From Wickerhamiella versatilis (lineage: Eukaryota): a stretch of 64,000 bases of DNA. Shown one piece after another: positions 61,702 through 64,000 of the stretch (the first letter of the stretch is position 1; each line of letters starts with the position of its first letter). The translations under genes were made by a program, and so were the position numbers. The DNA lies in NCBI GenBank assembly GCA_030867685.1, contig JAQOWU010000003.1, forward strand, positions 558,001 to 622,000, read 5' to 3'. The notes under the pieces are model-generated. The model saw nothing but the letters and a program-made list of their open reading frames with translations. It searched no databases and had not been told where the DNA came from.

Positions 61702-64000
61702 ATGACGAAGACCCGGGTAGTCGTTGCAGGGCTAGGCATGGTCGGCGTTTCTTTTATAGAAAAGATGCTGGAGAGGGATTTGATTGCAAAAGAATATGCT
61801 TTGACTGTCCTAGGCGAAGAATCAGTTCTTGCTTACAACCGTGTAGGATTAACTGAATTTTTCGAACAAAGATCCGTTCCTGGGTTACTTTTAAATGATC
61901 AGAATTGGTACGATAATATTGATACGAACCACATGACTTACCGTATTTCAGAGGCAGTCACTAAGATTGATCGTTCTAAGAAGACTGTTGATACCGTTCA
62001 CACGAAAGAAATACCATACGATATATTGGTATTAGCCACCGGATCCCGTGCGGTGCTTCCAATGAATTTGCTACCACCGAACTGCGATAATCCCGCAGCG
62101 CTTGGTGTATTCAAATATCGCACTATCCGGGATGTGAAGGAAATAATTGATTTTTCTGAGAGTAAGCCACTTGGAGGCCGCGCATTTGTTGTAGGTGGTG
62201 GCCTCCTGGGGTTAGAGGCAGCAAAAGCGCTCTATGATTTAGGCAGCTACAGCGAGGTGTGCATAGTACATCGACCAGAATGGTTACTCAACCAGCAGCT
62301 TGATGAAACAGCAGGTGGGATGCTCGTAGAGAAAGTGCGGGAGATGGGGGTGAATGTCATGCTCTCCTCTGAAATCATTCGGCTCGACACAAGCTCAGGC
62401 CACCTGACCCACGTTGAATTCAAGGATGGCTCACGTATGGATGCTCAAATGGTTGTTTACGCTATAGGAATTCGTTCTAGAGATGAGCTTGGTCGTGAAG
62501 CTGGCCTTGATATTGGGCCTCGTGGGGGATTTGTTGTAGATAATGATCTTCGTACGACGGACCCATCGATCTATGCCATTGGTGAATGCGCATCTTGGAA
62601 TGGCAATGTATACGGTTTGATAGCACCAGGTGTTGAAATGGCTGATGTCGTTTCTTGGAATCTAACTCAGGCCAAACATCATCAACCAAAGCACTTTGTA
62701 GAGCCAGATGTTGGAACTAGATTGAAATTGATGGGTGTGGATGTAGCTTCTTTTGGTGACTACTTCGCTGATTCGCTTGGACCGAAGCGTCTGCCACCAC
62801 GTGGCAAGCCTGGCACCGTTCGCGATGTGGTTGCTCTGACGTATCACGATCCTTTTGCATCAACGTATAAGAAGCTAATTTTCACAAAAGACGGACAATA
62901 TCTACTTGGAGGAATTCTTTTAGGAAACATAACAGAGTTTACAAAACTCTCAGTTCTGGTATCCAAGTCAAAAAAACTGGATAAACCTCCTACGGAATTT
63001 ATGGTCGGCGCGCCTTCGTCTGCTGAAGAAGATGCCTCGGAGCTCCCTGATGATACAGTTGTTTGCTCTTGCAATCAGGTAACAAAGGGCTCTCTCACGG
63101 AAAAAGTAAAATCTGGAGATTGTAGCTCTCTGGGTGAGTTGAAAGCTGTCACAAAGGCGGCGACATCCTGTGGCGGGTGCGAGGGCACAGTCAAAGCTAT
63201 ATTCCAATCAGTGATGAAATCAATGGGTGCAGAAATATCTAGCGCGCTATGCATTCATTTCTCAGAATCTCGTGCGGATCTCTTTCATAAAATAATGGTT
63301 CGCAATCTTGATTCCTTTGACAAGGTAATGCAAGAACTAGGGCGCATACCTGGCTCCAAAGGTTGTGAAGTTTGCAAACCGACTATTGCATCTATATTGT
63401 CCAGTTTGTACAACCGGCATATTATGGATAGTCAAACTGCAGGTTTGCAGGAAACCAATGACAGGTTTTTAGGTAACATTCAACGCAATGGTACTTATTC
63501 GGTAGTGCCTCGTGTATCTGCAGGAGAAATTACTCCTGAAAAACTCATTGCCTTAGGTGAAGTTGCCCGAAAGTATAATTTGTACACGAAGATTACCGGT
63601 GGTCAAAGAGTTGATTTATTTGGTGCCCAAAAACAGGACCTACCAAATATCTGGGAGCAACTTGAGTCGGTGGGATTTGAATCAGGACACGCATATGGCA
63701 AGTCTCTACGCACAGTGAAAAGTTGTGTCGGAACCACCTGGTGCAGATACGGAATTGGTGACTCTGTTGGAATGGCTGTCCGGCTGGAAGAACGCTACAA
63801 GAGTATAAGATCGCCGCATAAATTCAAAGGTGGTGTTTCCGGCTGCGTTCGTGATTGTGCGGAATTCCATAATAAAGACTTTGGACTCTGTGCAACTAAG
63901 AATGGCTTTAGCGTATACGTGGGCGGAAATGGAGGAATGAAACCAACTCACGCTAAGTTGCTACAAGAGGATGTTCTTCCAGATCGTGTCATCCCTCTTC
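61702..64000 (+). CDS. YNI1: NAD(P)H nitrite reductase, 3' end outside the window (absent from the ORF track)
   Basis: Hand translation: MTKTRVVVAGLGMVG...AYNRVGLT...LATGS...GGGLLGLEAA...CSC...CGGC...LQETNDRFLGNIQRNGTYSVVPR...KSCVGTTWC...SGCVRDC. Confidence 0.96.
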   Translation, partial: MTKTRVVVAGLGMVGVSFIEKMLERDLIAKEYALTVLGEESVLAYNRVGLTEFFEQRSVPGLLLNDQNWYDNIDTNHMTYRISEAVTKIDRSKKTVDTVHTKEIPYDILVLATGSRAVLPMNLLPPNCDNPAALGVFKYRTIRDVKEIIDFSESKPLGGRAFVVGGGLLGLEAAKALYDLGSYSEVCIVHRPEWLLNQQLDETAGGMLVEKVREMGVNVMLSSEIIRLDTSSGHLTHVEFKDGSRMDAQMVVYAIGIRSRDELGREAGLDIGPRGGFVVDNDLRTTDPSIYAIGECASWNGNVYGLIAPGVEMADVVSWNLTQAKHHQPKHFVEPDVGTRLKLMGVDVASFGDYFADSLGPKRLPPRGKPGTVRDVVALTYHDPFASTYKKLIFTKDGQYLLGGILLGNITEFTKLSVLVSKSKKLDKPPTEFMVGAPSSAEEDASELPDDTVVCSCNQVTKGSLTEKVKSGDCSSLGELKAVTKAATSCGGCEGTVKAIFQSVMKSMGAEISSALCIHFSESRADLFHKIMVRNLDSFDKVMQELGRIPGSKGCEVCKPTIASILSSLYNRHIMDSQTAGLQETNDRFLGNIQRNGTYSVVPRVSAGEITPEKLIALGEVARKYNLYTKITGGQRVDLFGAQKQDLPNIWEQLESVGFESGHAYGKSLRTVKSCVGTTWCRYGIGDSVGMAVRLEERYKSIRSPHKFKGGVSGCVRDCAEFHNKDFGLCATKNGFSVYVGGNGGMKPTHAKLLQEDVLPDRVIPL

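Overview
Gene-dense, nearly intron-free eukaryotic DNA from a budding yeast (Saccharomycotina). CTG encodes conserved Leu residues, so the code is standard. Compactness and gene content suggest a Dipodascales-type yeast such as Wickerhamiella or Starmerella, which is an inference only. The window holds about 45 protein-coding genes, mostly housekeeping (CK2 alpha, KAP95, CYB5, GCN4, ERG24, LIP5, RPN11, UMP1, TAF9, ZNG1, VPH2, CDC48, MIA40, ELG1, ATG17, SUS1, PSO2, SMC4, SGS1, CDC28, DCD1, RPL26, MAP1, NOP56, PBA1, CDD1), one tRNA-Ile(AAT), one clear intron (SUS1), and a nitrate-assimilation cluster (YNT1, YNR1, YNI1) running off the right end. I found no mobile element, CRISPR array or clearly bacterial gene. 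The main leads are: (1) an ORF that looks like two tandem Rec114-type PH domains without the Mei4-binding tail; (2) transcription-factor-like motifs (TGACTCA, PACE, forkhead, CACGTG, CRE) sitting 0-50 nt from start codons; (3) a stand-alone, ligand-degenerate Cyb2-type heme domain; (4) GCN4 with two 3-codon uORFs and a Gcn4 site in its own promoter; (5) an orphan membrane protein with Atg8-interacting-like motifs that overlaps the next gene. All calls are by eye, with no database searches.
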